Source of the DNA: Nitrosopumilus sp.
GTDB taxonomy: Archaea > Thermoproteota > Nitrososphaeria > Nitrososphaerales > Nitrosopumilaceae
DNA length: 64,000 nt
Direction of reading: 5' to 3'
Assembly: GCA_965205425.1 (NCBI GenBank)
Contig: CBDBGZ010000009.1
Span: 992,001-1,056,000 of the forward strand
Shown here: positions 10,698 through 21,651 of the stretch, piece by piece
How the letters are laid out: each line of letters starts with the position of its first letter
Numbering within the stretch: position 1 is the first letter of the stretch
Translations under genes and position numbers: made by a program
Notes under the pieces: model-generated
Told to the model about the DNA's origin: nothing
Database searches by the model: none
What the model saw: only the letters and a program-made list of their open reading frames with translations

Positions 10698-11864
10698 TTA
10701 TTTATCATTAATTATCTTTTTTTCAAGTCTGTCTTCTAGTGGGATCTCAATTAGATCACCCATTCTAAGACCTTTCAATCCTGCAGCAACAGCTTTTGCA
10801 CCTTCATCATCTTTCTCTAATCCTAATAATGACATCAAATATGCTGCACCTGTTTTTCCTGCAAGTTCTCCAAATACTATCCTTCTTCTATTGCCAACTG
10901 CTCTTGGTGGAATTGGTTCATAGGCTGCAGGATTTTTGAGAATTGCTGCAAGGTGTGTACCTGCTTTGTGTTTGTATGCTGCTGTACCTACTATTGGTTT
11001 TGAATCATATGGCTTGATTGTTGTATAATCTTCAATTAGTCTGGATAAATCAAGTAACATATCCAATCTGAAATCATTTGGCGATTTGTATAGATATGTT
11101 AATGCTACTGCAACTTCTGCAAGTGGAGGTATTCCTGTTCTTTCTCCAATACCATCAATAGTAGTATGAATTTGATCAACTCCTGCATCACATGCTGAAA
11201 ATGCATTTGCAACTGCCAAACCAATATCATTGTGAACGTGTGCATCTAATGGAACATCTACAACTTCTCTTACCTTTTTAACAAAATTATACATTCCAAT
11301 TGGACGTAAAATTCCAACTGTATCTGGAAGACTAATTCTGTCTACTCCTGCTTCTTCAATAGATTTACACACTTTTAGTAAGAATTCTGGTTCTGCTCTA
11401 CTTCCATCTTCAACTGTAAATCTAATTTTTAGTCCATGAGATTTTGCATACTCTACTGTTTCTACTGCTCTTTCAAGTGCTTCTTCTCTTGAAATTCGTA
11501 ATTTATCTTTAAGATGAATGTCTGAAATTCCTAAATACACTGCACACCATTTTGCATCACAATCTAATGAAATGTCTATGTCTTGTTTGAGTGCACGTCC
11601 ATGCGATACAATGTCTGCCTTTAGTCCTTGTTTGATAATTGTTTTAGTTGCTTCTTTGTGATCATTTGAAACCACTGGTGAAATTTCAATTTGATCAACT
11701 CCAAAATAATCTAACATCCATGCAATTTGGATTCTTTGTTTATTTGTAAATGAAACACCTGGGTGTTGTTCTCCTTCTCTAAGTGTACTATCTAACACTC
11801 TAATTTTTTTTTGGTTTTTGTCATATGCATTGTATAGATTTGCATAGTGATTCGGATCTTTCAT
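10698..11864 (-). CDS. Homocitrate synthase (LeuA/HCS DRE-TIM family)
   Basis: LDSTLREGEQ, HVHNDIGLA, GIGERTG; context of the aminoadipate lysine pathway. Confidence 0.8.
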   Translation of the reverse strand: MKDPNHYANLYNAYDKNQKKIRVLDSTLREGEQHPGVSFTNKQRIQIAWMLDYFGVDQIEISPVVSNDHKEATKTIIKQGLKADIVSHGRALKQDIDISLDCDAKWCAVYLGISDIHLKDKLRISREEALERAVETVEYAKSHGLKIRFTVEDGSRAEPEFLLKVCKSIEEAGVDRISLPDTVGILRPIGMYNFVKKVREVVDVPLDAHVHNDIGLAVANAFSACDAGVDQIHTTIDGIGERTGIPPLAEVAVALTYLYKSPNDFRLDMLLDLSRLIEDYTTIKPYDSKPIVGTAAYKHKAGTHLAAILKNPAAYEPIPPRAVGNRRRIVFGELAGKTGAAYLMSLLGLEKDDEGAKAVAAGLKGLRMGDLIEIPLEDRLEKKIINDK

Positions 11865-11981
11865 TGCTAATATCGTTGCTATAAATTGATGATATAAACA
11901 TATTCGTACTAGCTTCGTTGGAAATATGCAAGAATGATCCTAAATTAGTTTAGAAATTAAATTATGAAACGAAAGTCGTTT

Positions 11982-12401
11982 TTAGATAATTTTTCTTAAA
12001 ATTATGACTGTGTTGGTGTCTACTACCCCTGTAATTTTTCTTAATGCATCAATACTACTATTTATTTCAGCAATACTTGTAGCACTCATAATTGTTGTAA
12101 TGTCATATTGACCTGTGATTTCATAAACTGTTTTCACTCCTTCCAATTTTGCTAGTTTTAGTGATACTTTGGATGTATCTGTTGCAGAGTCTACTGAAAC
12201 TAGAACAATTGCACTAGTTGTATTCTCTTCACCTAATTCTAAAGTAAATTTTTTGATAGTTCCACTATCCACTAAATTTTTTACACGTCTTCTAACTGCT
12301 GATTCTGATAATTTCAGTTTTTTACCAATGTCTACAAACGATTCTCTAGAATCTTCTTTTAGGTAACCAATAATTTTTTCGTCTACTTTATCCTTGTACA
12401 T
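11982..12401 (-). CDS. lysM: Lrp/AsnC-family regulator (LysM-like)
   Basis: HTH SESAVRRRVKNL plus RAM domain (YEITGQYDI); inside lys cluster. Confidence 0.8.
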   Translation of the reverse strand: MYKDKVDEKIIGYLKEDSRESFVDIGKKLKLSESAVRRRVKNLVDSGTIKKFTLELGEENTTSAIVLVSVDSATDTSKVSLKLAKLEGVKTVYEITGQYDITTIMSATSIAEINSSIDALRKITGVVDTNTVIILRKII

Positions 12402-13569
12402 TTCTTTTTTCTTCCTCTTCAGTTAGTACTAAATCAAGAGCATGTAAAACTTTTGTTACGTCATCTTCAGATATTACTAGTGGAGGAAGAATTCTGAGAA
12501 TATTTCTTCCAGAATAAAGCATAAGAACTCCTTTTTTGATTAATCCAAATAGAATATCTTTAACTTCAAATTTCATCTCTATTCCTATCATGAGACCTTT
12601 TCCTCTAATTTCTCTAATCATTTGATGTTTTTCTTTTAATTTTTCTAATCCGTCTCTGAATAATCTCCCCATCTTCTCAGAATTTTCAATTAGACCATCT
12701 TCTGTGATTGCTTTAAGAGCTGCTGTTCCTGCTGCACATGATATTGGATTTCCTCCAAATGTTGATGAATGTTCGCCCTTAGTTATTGAAGCTAGAATAT
12801 CTGGTTTTACAAGAGTTGCACCCATTGGAACTCCACCTGCAATTCCTTTTGCTAAACATAGGATGTCTGGAGCAGTATTCCAATGATCACAAGCCCATAA
12901 TCGTCCGGTTCTACCTAAACCAGCTTGTATTTCGTCAAAAATTAGCACAATTCCTTTTTCATCACACATTTTTCTTACCTCTTGCAAAAATCCTTCTGGC
13001 GCAACAATGATTCCACTTTCTCCTTGAATTGGTTCTAAGATCACAAATGCCGTATCATCGTCTACAACTGAACGTAATGATTCAATGTCTCCATAAGATG
13101 CAAATGAAACTTTCTCAACTAATGGAGCAAACGCTTTTCTATATTTTGGATTAAATGTTAATGATAATGCTCCAAATGATTTTCCATGATAAGATCCTTT
13201 CATTGCAACCATTCCTTTTTTCCCAGTAAACTTTCTTGCAAATTTCATGGCAGCTTCAATTGCTTCAGCTCCACTGTTGTTTAGGTGGACTTGTGTCAAA
13301 CCTTCTGGTGCTAATCCAATCAGTGTTGTCAAAAATTCTTCTCTTGTTTTATTGTATAATGAACTATGAACTGTAATGATCTTATCAATTTGTTCTTTGA
13401 TTCCATTGTTTACTCTTTGATTTTTATGACCAACTAAAGCTACTCCGTATCCTCCCATGCAATCGATGTATTCTTTTCCATCTACATCCCATACATGTGA
13501 TCCTACACCTTTTTCAATTGTAACTGGAAATCTCTGATAGAGATTTCCCATAAATTGGTCTTCACTCAT
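12388..13569 (-). CDS. lysJ: [LysW]-aminoadipate/glutamate semialdehyde aminotransferase
   Basis: Class III PLP motifs NSGAEAIE, FDEIQAGLGRTG, AKGIAGG. Confidence 0.9.
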   Translation of the reverse strand: MSEDQFMGNLYQRFPVTIEKGVGSHVWDVDGKEYIDCMGGYGVALVGHKNQRVNNGIKEQIDKIITVHSSLYNKTREEFLTTLIGLAPEGLTQVHLNNSGAEAIEAAMKFARKFTGKKGMVAMKGSYHGKSFGALSLTFNPKYRKAFAPLVEKVSFASYGDIESLRSVVDDDTAFVILEPIQGESGIIVAPEGFLQEVRKMCDEKGIVLIFDEIQAGLGRTGRLWACDHWNTAPDILCLAKGIAGGVPMGATLVKPDILASITKGEHSSTFGGNPISCAAGTAALKAITEDGLIENSEKMGRLFRDGLEKLKEKHQMIREIRGKGLMIGIEMKFEVKDILFGLIKKGVLMLYSGRNILRILPPLVISEDDVTKVLHALDLVLTEEEEKRNVQG

Positions 13570-14365
13570 GTTTAATCACCGTACAATTATCATGTGCAAT
13601 AGCTGATGAAATTGGATTTTCTCTCTGACCATTTCCAATTAATGCTACTTTGACTCCCATATCTAATGCTTCAGTAGATGCCAAAATTTTCTTTTCCATT
13701 CCAGGTCCTATTTTAGGTCTAATTTCTTTTGCTTCTGCTAATGTTAATTTTGGAACAAGTTTGTCATCCATTAATAATCCATCAACATTTGTGATGAATA
13801 ATACCTTATCACATCCAACTTTGCCTGCAACATACGCTGCTGCTCTGTCTCCATCAATGTTGAGAAATTCTGATTCTTCACTCATTGCTATGGGTGAAAT
13901 TACAGGTGTTAGACCTTGATCTAAGAGTGATTTGATGAATTTTGAATTTACTTCTCTAATTTTTCCTGTATAACCGCCATCAATTGCTTGTTTTCGTCCT
14001 TTTTCATTTACTATTAGTAATTTCTTTTTTCTATCAGCTTCTATGACTTTTGCATCTACTCCTGAAAGACCTATTGCATTAATGCCATTTTTTTGTAACA
14101 TTTGAACAATGGTTTTGTTAATTCTACCTGACATTACCATGGTAAAAATTTCTGCAGTTTCTTTGTCTGTGTATCTACTTTTGATACCACTTGGAGATGT
14201 GACAAATTTTGGTTCTTTTCCAAGTTGTTTACATACTTTGGTAACTTCTTTTCCTCCCCCATGAACAATTATGATACCTTCAGTTTCTGCTGCTTTTTTA
14301 ATATCTAAAATTGTTGATGGATGTAAATCATCTACTACACTTCCGCCAATTTTGATTGTGATCAT
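13562..14365 (-). CDS. lysZ: [LysW]-aminoadipate/glutamate kinase
   Basis: IKIGGS, VHGGG, NIDGDRAA amino-acid-kinase motifs. Confidence 0.9.
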   Translation of the reverse strand: MITIKIGGSVVDDLHPSTILDIKKAAETEGIIIVHGGGKEVTKVCKQLGKEPKFVTSPSGIKSRYTDKETAEIFTMVMSGRINKTIVQMLQKNGINAIGLSGVDAKVIEADRKKKLLIVNEKGRKQAIDGGYTGKIREVNSKFIKSLLDQGLTPVISPIAMSEESEFLNIDGDRAAAYVAGKVGCDKVLFITNVDGLLMDDKLVPKLTLAEAKEIRPKIGPGMEKKILASTEALDMGVKVALIGNGQRENPISSAIAHDNCTVIKHE

Positions 14366-14367
14366 TT

Positions 14368-15414
14368 CTAAACAGGAGTTAATGGAGTGTATCTTAATCC
14401 GTCCATTTCATCAAAACCACACATTACATTCATGTTTTGAATAGCAGAACCGGCTGCACCTTTCATCAAGTTATCTGATGCTGATAATGCAATTAATCTA
14501 TTGTTATCTTCATCTAAATCAAATCCAATATCACAAAAGTTTGAACCTACTAGGAATTTTGGATCTGGGAATTTATACAATCCTTTTTTATCTCTGATTA
14601 ATCTAACAAATTTTTCTTCACCATATGCCTGACGATAAATTTTCCATAATTCTTTTTCTTCAATATCTTTTTTCAAGAATGTATGATTTGTACACAAAAT
14701 ACCTCTAACTACATCTACTGCATGTGGACTCATTGATACACGGATTTTACTTCCTGCAATTTCACTTAACTCTTGTTCGATTTCACCAGTGTGTCTGTGT
14801 TTTGCTGGTTTGTATGGTCTGATTACACCAGCTCTCATTGCATGAGCAGTTCCTGAACCTGAACCTGCTCCTGATGAACCAATTTTTGAATCAACAATAA
14901 TGTGATCAGTATCGATAAGATCATTTTTGATTAATGGTGCAAGTGCAAGCGTTGATGTAACTGCCATACATCCTGGGCAAGAAACTAGTTGTGCTTTTTT
15001 AATTTCTTCTCTATGTAATTCTGGAACGCCAAAAACTGATTTTTCTAAATAATCTGGATGCGGATGTTCCCAACCATACCATTTGTCATAAGCATCTTGA
15101 TTGTGTAATCTATAATCTGCACTCAAATCAATTACTTTGATTCCTCTATCATAGAGTGCTTTTACAATTTCAGTAGCTGTTCCATGTGGTACTGCAGTGA
15201 AAACTACATCACACTTGTCTGTTAATTTGTCATAATCTAATTCTGAGAAAGTAAGATCGGTAAATCCCTTCAAACTTGGTTGAACTCTATGAAGATATTC
15301 TCCTACGTGTTGTCTTGATGTGACCATTGAGATCTCTACATCTGGATGGTTTACCAGAAGACGAAGTGTTTCTCCACCTACATATCCTGATGCTCCTACA
15401 ACTCCTACTTTCAT
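14368..15414 (-). CDS. lysY: [LysW]-aminoadipate/glutamyl-phosphate reductase (ArgC family)
   Basis: GASGYVGGE, DLSADYRL, PGC, DNLMKGAAG. Confidence 0.9.
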   Translation of the reverse strand: MKVGVVGASGYVGGETLRLLVNHPDVEISMVTSRQHVGEYLHRVQPSLKGFTDLTFSELDYDKLTDKCDVVFTAVPHGTATEIVKALYDRGIKVIDLSADYRLHNQDAYDKWYGWEHPHPDYLEKSVFGVPELHREEIKKAQLVSCPGCMAVTSTLALAPLIKNDLIDTDHIIVDSKIGSSGAGSGSGTAHAMRAGVIRPYKPAKHRHTGEIEQELSEIAGSKIRVSMSPHAVDVVRGILCTNHTFLKKDIEEKELWKIYRQAYGEEKFVRLIRDKKGLYKFPDPKFLVGSNFCDIGFDLDEDNNRLIALSASDNLMKGAAGSAIQNMNVMCGFDEMDGLRYTPLTPV

Positions 15415-15442
15415 GATAAGACACCTCCTAAAGGAGTATAAT

Positions 15443-16300
15443 TTATTTTCTTACGTAGTTTAGCGCAAATTCTACCATTTCTTTTGGTATATTTCGTTGT
15501 GCAACTCTTGCCAACCCTTTGAATTCTACTGTATTATTGACTTCATGTACAACTAGTCCTTTCTCATCGTCTTCCATCATGTCGATTCCTAAGATTCCGC
15601 CACCCATGGCTTTTGCTGCTTTTGCTGCCATATCTTCCATCTCTTTTGTGATCTCACAAAGCTCTGGATCTGCCCCTAGTGCGATATTTGTTTTAAATCC
15701 ACCTGAAGATTTTCTATACATGGCTGCAATAGGCTCATCACCAACAGTGATTACCCTGATGTCTCTTGGTGGTCTTTGAACTAATTCTTGCAAATAGTAA
15801 ATTCTATCGTGAGGACTATCTGTGATATCTCTAATTTCAAAAACTGCTTCCATGGTATCTTTATCTTTGAGTGGCATGACTCCTCTTCCCCAACTTCCAA
15901 TAACTGGCTTAATGACTAGTGGGAATCCAACTTTCTCTAAATTCTCTGCTGCACTATCACTTGAAAATGAAAAATATGTTTTAGGTGTTGGAATGTTATT
16001 TTTTTTCAAAAGTAATGTCATGAACATTTTATTTCCACAAATATTTGCAACTTCAAATTTGTTTAATACTGGAATGTCCATGAATTCTAAACTGGAAGTA
16101 AAATGCAATCCTCTAAAATAACTAACACATCTTTCTAAAACAACATCCCCTAAATCAAAATCTTCTTTTTTACTATCTGTATTGATTTGAGTAATTTTAG
16201 CATCTAACATCAATGCATCGTGTCCTAATTCTGATGCTTCCTTTTGAAGCATTTTTTCTTCCGCTCTTAAGCGGTCAAACACAATACAGATTTTTGACAT
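15443..16300 (-). CDS. argX: Second LysX-family ligase, probably LysW-glutamate ligase ArgX
   Basis: Paralog of 9669-10511 (IKPVIGSWGR, HEVNNTVEF); follows argG-lysW; substrate assignment is from context only. Confidence 0.7.
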   Translation of the reverse strand: MSKICIVFDRLRAEEKMLQKEASELGHDALMLDAKITQINTDSKKEDFDLGDVVLERCVSYFRGLHFTSSLEFMDIPVLNKFEVANICGNKMFMTLLLKKNNIPTPKTYFSFSSDSAAENLEKVGFPLVIKPVIGSWGRGVMPLKDKDTMEAVFEIRDITDSPHDRIYYLQELVQRPPRDIRVITVGDEPIAAMYRKSSGGFKTNIALGADPELCEITKEMEDMAAKAAKAMGGGILGIDMMEDDEKGLVVHEVNNTVEFKGLARVAQRNIPKEMVEFALNYVRK

Positions 16301-16467
16301 TACTCTCCCCAGTCTTCGCCTACGGTTTCTGCTTGTTTAAGCTCAACATTTGATCCGTCTTTTTTAGCGATTTCAAAGTCAGCGCCACAATCAGGGCAGG
16401 AAATAATTTCTCCTACTGAGGCATCGTCTGGGATGTTTAGTGTTGCATCACATTCTGGGCAGTTCAT
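16300..16467 (-). CDS. lysW: LysW amino-group carrier protein, canonical EDWGE copy (55 aa, absent from ORF track)
   Basis: Translated by hand: MNCPECDATLNIPDDASVGEIISCPDCGADFEIAKKDGSNVELKQAETVGEDWGE. Confidence 0.95.
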   Translation of the reverse strand: MNCPECDATLNIPDDASVGEIISCPDCGADFEIAKKDGSNVELKQAETVGEDWGE

Positions 16468-17663
16468 GTTTTTGTTGACCTTTTCTTTTGTAATTTATTA
16501 GCTTCTGTTGACTGCATTCCCCATAATTCTACAAATCCTTTGGCTAATCTTTGATCAAATGTTGATTCTACTCCATAAGTTGCAATATTGTGACTGTACA
16601 ATGAGTTATTTGACTTTCTTCCGACTACTCTGAGACTTCCTTTGTACAACTTTAGTTTCACAGTGCCTGAAACTGGTTTTTGTGCTGCTTCAATAAATCC
16701 ATCTAGATCTGTTTTTAGAGGATCTTGCCAAAGACCTGAATATACCAAATATGCCCATTCATCATCAATCATTGATTTGAACTTGTTTTCATGTTTGGTA
16801 TGAACCATCTTTTCTAAATCGGTATGAGCTTCAATTAGACAGGTTGCTGCTGGAGTTTCGTATACCTCTCGAGATTTAATTCCTACAACCCTGTCTTCAA
16901 TATGATCAACTATGCCAACACCTGCATTTCCTGCTTTCTTGTTGATATATTCAATTAGTTTTAGTGGCTCCATTGATTTACCATCTACTCCAACTGGAAT
17001 TCCTTTGTTGAATTTGATTTCCAAGTATGTTGGTTTGTCTGGCAAGTTTTTTGTTTTAACCCAAATGAATGCATCATCTGGTGGTTCATTATATGGATCT
17101 TCTAACACGCCACCTTCAATTGCACGTCCCCAAAGATTTTGATCAATACTGAATTTTTTTGCTACAGTATCAATTTCAATCCCATGTTTTTTTGCAAACT
17201 TTAGTTCTGTATCTCTATCTAAATTCTTGTCTCGTATAGGAGCTATAATTGGAAGATCAGAACCTGAACGTAATGTAATATCGAATCGTACTTGATCATT
17301 TCCCTTTCCAGAACAACCATGTGCAAGAGAAGTTACTTTTTCTTTTTTTGCAATCTCTAATACTTTTTCTGCAATTAGTGGTCTTGCAAGAGCTGTTGCT
17401 AGACAATATTTTTTCTGATATAGTGCATTTGCTTTAATTGAAGGAAAAATGTAATCTTTGACAAATTCTTTTCTTGCATCAATGTTATAGTGTTTTTTTA
17501 CACCGAGCTTTTTTGCTTTTGCTGCAATTTTTTTCCAATTGTCACCTTGACCTACATCTACAGTAACTGTAATGACATCCATGTCATGCTCATCTTGTAG
17601 ATACTTTACAACAACTGATGTATCTAGTCCACCTGAAAATGCAAGAATTCCTTTTTGAGTCAT
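16464..17663 (-). CDS. argG: Argininosuccinate synthase
   Basis: AFSGGLDTS, HGCSGKGNDQVRF, GIKSREVYE; likely start MTQKG at 17663. Confidence 0.95.
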   Translation of the reverse strand: MTQKGILAFSGGLDTSVVVKYLQDEHDMDVITVTVDVGQGDNWKKIAAKAKKLGVKKHYNIDARKEFVKDYIFPSIKANALYQKKYCLATALARPLIAEKVLEIAKKEKVTSLAHGCSGKGNDQVRFDITLRSGSDLPIIAPIRDKNLDRDTELKFAKKHGIEIDTVAKKFSIDQNLWGRAIEGGVLEDPYNEPPDDAFIWVKTKNLPDKPTYLEIKFNKGIPVGVDGKSMEPLKLIEYINKKAGNAGVGIVDHIEDRVVGIKSREVYETPAATCLIEAHTDLEKMVHTKHENKFKSMIDDEWAYLVYSGLWQDPLKTDLDGFIEAAQKPVSGTVKLKLYKGSLRVVGRKSNNSLYSHNIATYGVESTFDQRLAKGFVELWGMQSTEANKLQKKRSTKT

Positions 17664-17795
17664 AAAACATCTTTTTCGTCGTATTTTGGAATTTATCTTT
17701 TGTGATAGGCTCAAATCAAATTATTATCAAAAAATTTCTGACTAGCTTGAGCTAAAATTCGATGATTATTTAACCGCCAAATATAACGCTGTTTT

Positions 17796-18824
17796 ATGAA
17801 AACTCGATCGTTAATTTCTGCCAGTATCGTGGGGATTATCTTACTATCTGTATTGGGAATTGCTCTAAACTCTAGTGATTCATCTAATGAAAATAAAATC
17901 CGTATTGCGTATTTTCCTAATATTGGACATGCCATTCCTATTGTAGGGATGGAAAAAGGATTCTTTGAAGCAAATATTGGAGAACAACCCAGGATTGAAA
18001 CTCGTGTTTTTGACAGTGGTCCTCAAGCAATAGAATCTCTATTTGCCAATTCTGTTGACTTGGCATATGTTGGACCTGGCCCTGCAATTAATGGATTTTT
18101 GAATTCTGAAAATCATAACGTAAAGATTCTTGCTGGTGCTGCAAGCGGTGGAGCAAGTTTTATCGTTCATCCTGAATCTGAAATAAATTTTGCATCTGAT
18201 TTTACTGGAAAAAAAATTGCTGCACCTCAGATTGGAAATACTCAGGATGTATCATTGCGACATTATCTATCTGAGCATGGATTAAAAACAGCTGATAAAG
18301 GTGGTTCTGTAATAGTTTACAATATTCCAAATCCTGATATCTATACATTATTTGTTAAAGGTGACATTGATGGTGCATGGATTGCAGAACCATGGGCTAC
18401 AATTTTAGAAACTGAACTAAATGGAAAAAGATTATTCTATGAAGAAGAATTGTGGCCAAATAAAGAATTTGCATCTGTTCTTTTAATTGCAAATGCAAAT
18501 TTTGTAGAAAAAAATCCGGAGTTAATTACAAATTTGTTAGATTCCCATCATGAAACCGCAACTTGGATTAATCAAAATCCTATTGAAACTAGAGATGTTT
18601 TTAACGCTTTTTTGAATTCTCATTTAGGTCAATCATTATCTGATGATGTTGTAGATATTGCATTGTCCAATCTTGTTATCACTGCAGATCCATTACCTGA
18701 ATCTGTTCATTCATTTGCTGAAAAGGCAGATGCCCTGGGATATCTTGGAAGAAATGGATATGATTTGTCTGGTATTTTTTACCTCTTTGATACAAATCAC
18801 ATTGAAGGAGAAAATAACACATGA
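17796..18824 (+). CDS. ABC transporter substrate-binding protein, sulfonate/nitrate/taurine (SsuA-like) family
   Basis: N-terminal membrane anchor, IAYFPNIGH, YVGPGPA, PQIGNTQD. Confidence 0.85.
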   Translation: MKTRSLISASIVGIILLSVLGIALNSSDSSNENKIRIAYFPNIGHAIPIVGMEKGFFEANIGEQPRIETRVFDSGPQAIESLFANSVDLAYVGPGPAINGFLNSENHNVKILAGAASGGASFIVHPESEINFASDFTGKKIAAPQIGNTQDVSLRHYLSEHGLKTADKGGSVIVYNIPNPDIYTLFVKGDIDGAWIAEPWATILETELNGKRLFYEEELWPNKEFASVLLIANANFVEKNPELITNLLDSHHETATWINQNPIETRDVFNAFLNSHLGQSLSDDVVDIALSNLVITADPLPESVHSFAEKADALGYLGRNGYDLSGIFYLFDTNHIEGENNT

Positions 18825-19585
18825 CAAAACTTGAGGCAAAAAATATTGTAAAATATTTTAGCCATGATTCTCACAAACTCAAAGCTCTTGGAGGTATCAA
18901 TCTCAAAGTTGAGGCTGGAGACTTTGTATGTCTAGTGGGCCCTTCAGGATGTGGTAAATCCACCTTTTTACGCATAGTTGCAGGCTTGGAAAAGCCTGAT
19001 GATGGGCAAATCTTGTTTGATGGGAGAAATGTTACAGAAACTGGACCTGAAAGAATTATGGTATTTCAAGAGGGTGCGTTGTTTCCATGGCTTAAGGTTC
19101 AAGATAACGTAGAATTTGGATTAAAGATGGCTGGAATTCCAAAAGAAGAACGAGCCAAAATATCTCATAGATATTTGGACATGATGCAATTAACAAAATT
19201 TGCCGATTCTTATGTCTACCAACTTTCCACTGGAATGAAACAACGTGTAGCTATAGCTCGAGCTCTTGTAATGGATCCTGATGTATTATTAATGGATGAA
19301 CCCTTTGCTGCACTTGATGCACAGACTCGTGACTTGCTATTAGTTGAAATGCAATTGATTTGGGAGAAAACAAAAAAGACAATCTTGTTTGTAACTCATA
19401 GTGTTTCAGAAGCTGCAGTTCTTGGAACCAAAGTTGCAATTTTTAGTAATCGTCCATCTGTAATTAAAAAAGAAGTTGATAACAATTTCCCAAGACCTAG
19501 AATAACTGAAGATGAGGCATTACTTAAATTCCAACAAGACATCTTGGCAGAACTTAGACCTGAGGTAAAGAAAAGACAAGAGTGA
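18821..19585 (+). CDS. ABC transporter ATP-binding protein (SsuB/TauB-like)
   Basis: [24 protein letters not shown]. Confidence 0.92.
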   Translation: MTKLEAKNIVKYFSHDSHKLKALGGINLKVEAGDFVCLVGPSGCGKSTFLRIVAGLEKPDDGQILFDGRNVTETGPERIMVFQEGALFPWLKVQDNVEFGLKMAGIPKEERAKISHRYLDMMQLTKFADSYVYQLSTGMKQRVAIARALVMDPDVLLMDEPFAALDAQTRDLLLVEMQLIWEKTKKTILFVTHSVSEAAVLGTKVAIFSNRPSVIKKEVDNNFPRPRITEDEALLKFQQDILAELRPEVKKRQE

Positions 19586-19590
19586 TACTA

Positions 19591-20349
19591 ATGGCAAAAA
19601 ACTTTACACCTCATAGAATTGTATTTTATATTGGAATCATTGCAGTATGGCAAATCATTGCCATGGTTGGAGTATGGCCTGATAACATATTTCCATCTCC
19701 ATATGAAGTGGCTGAAGATTTAGCTTATGGTGTATCTGATGGTAGTTTGTTATATGGAATAGCAACTAGTATGTGGAGATTGGCTATTGGGCTAGGAATT
19801 GCAATCGGTGGGGGGATTGTACTTGGAATATTTATGGCAAGAGTGGAGGTAATCAATCAAACTGTTGGATCTCTAGTTTTAGGTTTACAATCAATTCCTT
19901 CAATTGCTTGGGTACCTTTAGCAATACTCTGGTTTGGTTTAACTGATGGTGGAATAATATTTGTCACAGCAATTGGTGCAATTTTTGCAGTTACTATCAA
20001 CACATACACGGGCGTCAAAAACATCAATCCTCACTTTATTGAAGCTGCCAGAAATATGGGTGCAAAGGGTAGCCAGTTGATTACTGCGGTATTGATTCCA
20101 GCCGCCTTTCCATACATGATTTCTGGCTTTAAACAAGGCTGGGCCTTTGCTTGGAGGGGTGTAATTGGTGCAGAAATCTTGTTTTCTTTCTTAGGGCTGG
20201 GATTCTTGCTAAATGCTGGACGTTCTCTAAATGATGTTTCACAAGTCATTGGAATAATGGTGGTAATTATGGCAATTGGATTGGTAGTTGATGGTGTAAT
20301 TTTCAAGAGGCTTGAAACCAAAGTGATGTCTCGTTGGGGATTGAGATAA
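19591..20349 (+). CDS. ABC transporter permease (SsuC/TauC-like)
   Basis: Hydrophobic; EAARNMGA EAA loop. Confidence 0.9.
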   Translation: MAKNFTPHRIVFYIGIIAVWQIIAMVGVWPDNIFPSPYEVAEDLAYGVSDGSLLYGIATSMWRLAIGLGIAIGGGIVLGIFMARVEVINQTVGSLVLGLQSIPSIAWVPLAILWFGLTDGGIIFVTAIGAIFAVTINTYTGVKNINPHFIEAARNMGAKGSQLITAVLIPAAFPYMISGFKQGWAFAWRGVIGAEILFSFLGLGFLLNAGRSLNDVSQVIGIMVVIMAIGLVVDGVIFKRLETKVMSRWGLR

Positions 20350-20423
20350 TTTCTTTGACCGACTAGATTTCTTAGGATTCGAATCTAAATTTGAGAAATT
20401 TTTAATTAATTTGACAAGTCACC

Positions 20424-21539
20424 TTAAGGGTTTGTCACTTCATTTTTTATCTTTAGAGATATCACAAATGCACAAATGATAATTGCAATTGCAAAATACA
20501 TTACAGCAACATAATCAAATGCAAATGCAATTGCACCTGCAACTACGGGGCCAATCACAGTTGCAATTGATAAAGTTGAACTAAATATTCCAGTTGATGT
20601 TGAGCGAGGATTGTTCTCCATCAAATGAAAATTCCCACCAATGAATAAAAATGCCCAAGTTGCTCCAACTAGTGCCATAAATGGCATTGCCATCCACCAT
20701 TCTGCAACTACAGACAATCCAACAAAAACAAACGTTGTACCACCAATTCCAATTTTGAATTTCGTTACATTAGATAAGTGAATTTTACTTGCCATCACAT
20801 TCATCAAAACAAATGCTGTCAGTGTATTTGCTACATACACTATTGAAATGTGATATAGTTCACCTCCTAACTTTTCTACAATCATTATGGGAAGAATAAC
20901 CCATACTGCTGCTGCACCAATGTGCCTTAGTAATAATGATAAAAACAGAAATTTATTTTTTGAAATTATTTTCTTTGTAGTTCCTGGGATTGTCTCTTTT
21001 ACTTGTTCAGGATTTGGGAGTCTAATTGTAAATAATAATCCGATAAGAAATGATGCAGCACTTAATATGAAAATTAATTTGAGATCATTTGCAATTCCTG
21101 CTGCAGCAATTCCTGCAAGCCATCCTAAAGCATGAAATGAGATTACTGTTGCTGCTCTTTTTTTGTCAATATTTGCCTCATAGGTATACGCAATCATTGC
21201 TGGAATCATAATCCCACTTGCAATACCAGCTGCAATTCTAACCAAGAAAAATACGCCAAGATCATCTGCAAAATAATGTAATCCAAATGCTATGGCACAT
21301 CCAATAAAGCCAATTCTGATGAATTTGAGCCTGGTTCCTTTCTTATCTGAGTGTCGTCCAAAATAGATTTCAGATAAAATCTGAGCAAAACTAAATGATG
21401 CAACTAGTAACCCAATTTCAAAAATAGACTCTGTTACCCCTCCTGCAATAATAGGCATGAAAACAAAGACTATTGAAATTCCAGCATGTTGAAAAAATGT
21501 GGCACTACGAACTAGATTATTGACCTGAGACTTTTGCAT
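20424..21539 (-). CDS. MFS transporter
   Basis: About 12 hydrophobic segments; GRHSDKKG motif A variant. Confidence 0.85.
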   Translation of the reverse strand: MQKSQVNNLVRSATFFQHAGISIVFVFMPIIAGGVTESIFEIGLLVASFSFAQILSEIYFGRHSDKKGTRLKFIRIGFIGCAIAFGLHYFADDLGVFFLVRIAAGIASGIMIPAMIAYTYEANIDKKRAATVISFHALGWLAGIAAAGIANDLKLIFILSAASFLIGLLFTIRLPNPEQVKETIPGTTKKIISKNKFLFLSLLLRHIGAAAVWVILPIMIVEKLGGELYHISIVYVANTLTAFVLMNVMASKIHLSNVTKFKIGIGGTTFVFVGLSVVAEWWMAMPFMALVGATWAFLFIGGNFHLMENNPRSTSTGIFSSTLSIATVIGPVVAGAIAFAFDYVAVMYFAIAIIICAFVISLKIKNEVTNP

Positions 21540-21651
21540 AAATGTACATAAAATTAACTTGTACCTAATTTCAACATACGTATCAATCCAACAACTCTTT
21601 GTGGTTTTTTCTGAAAAGAGTTAAACTGTGCTGAAATATTTTGAAATTAGG

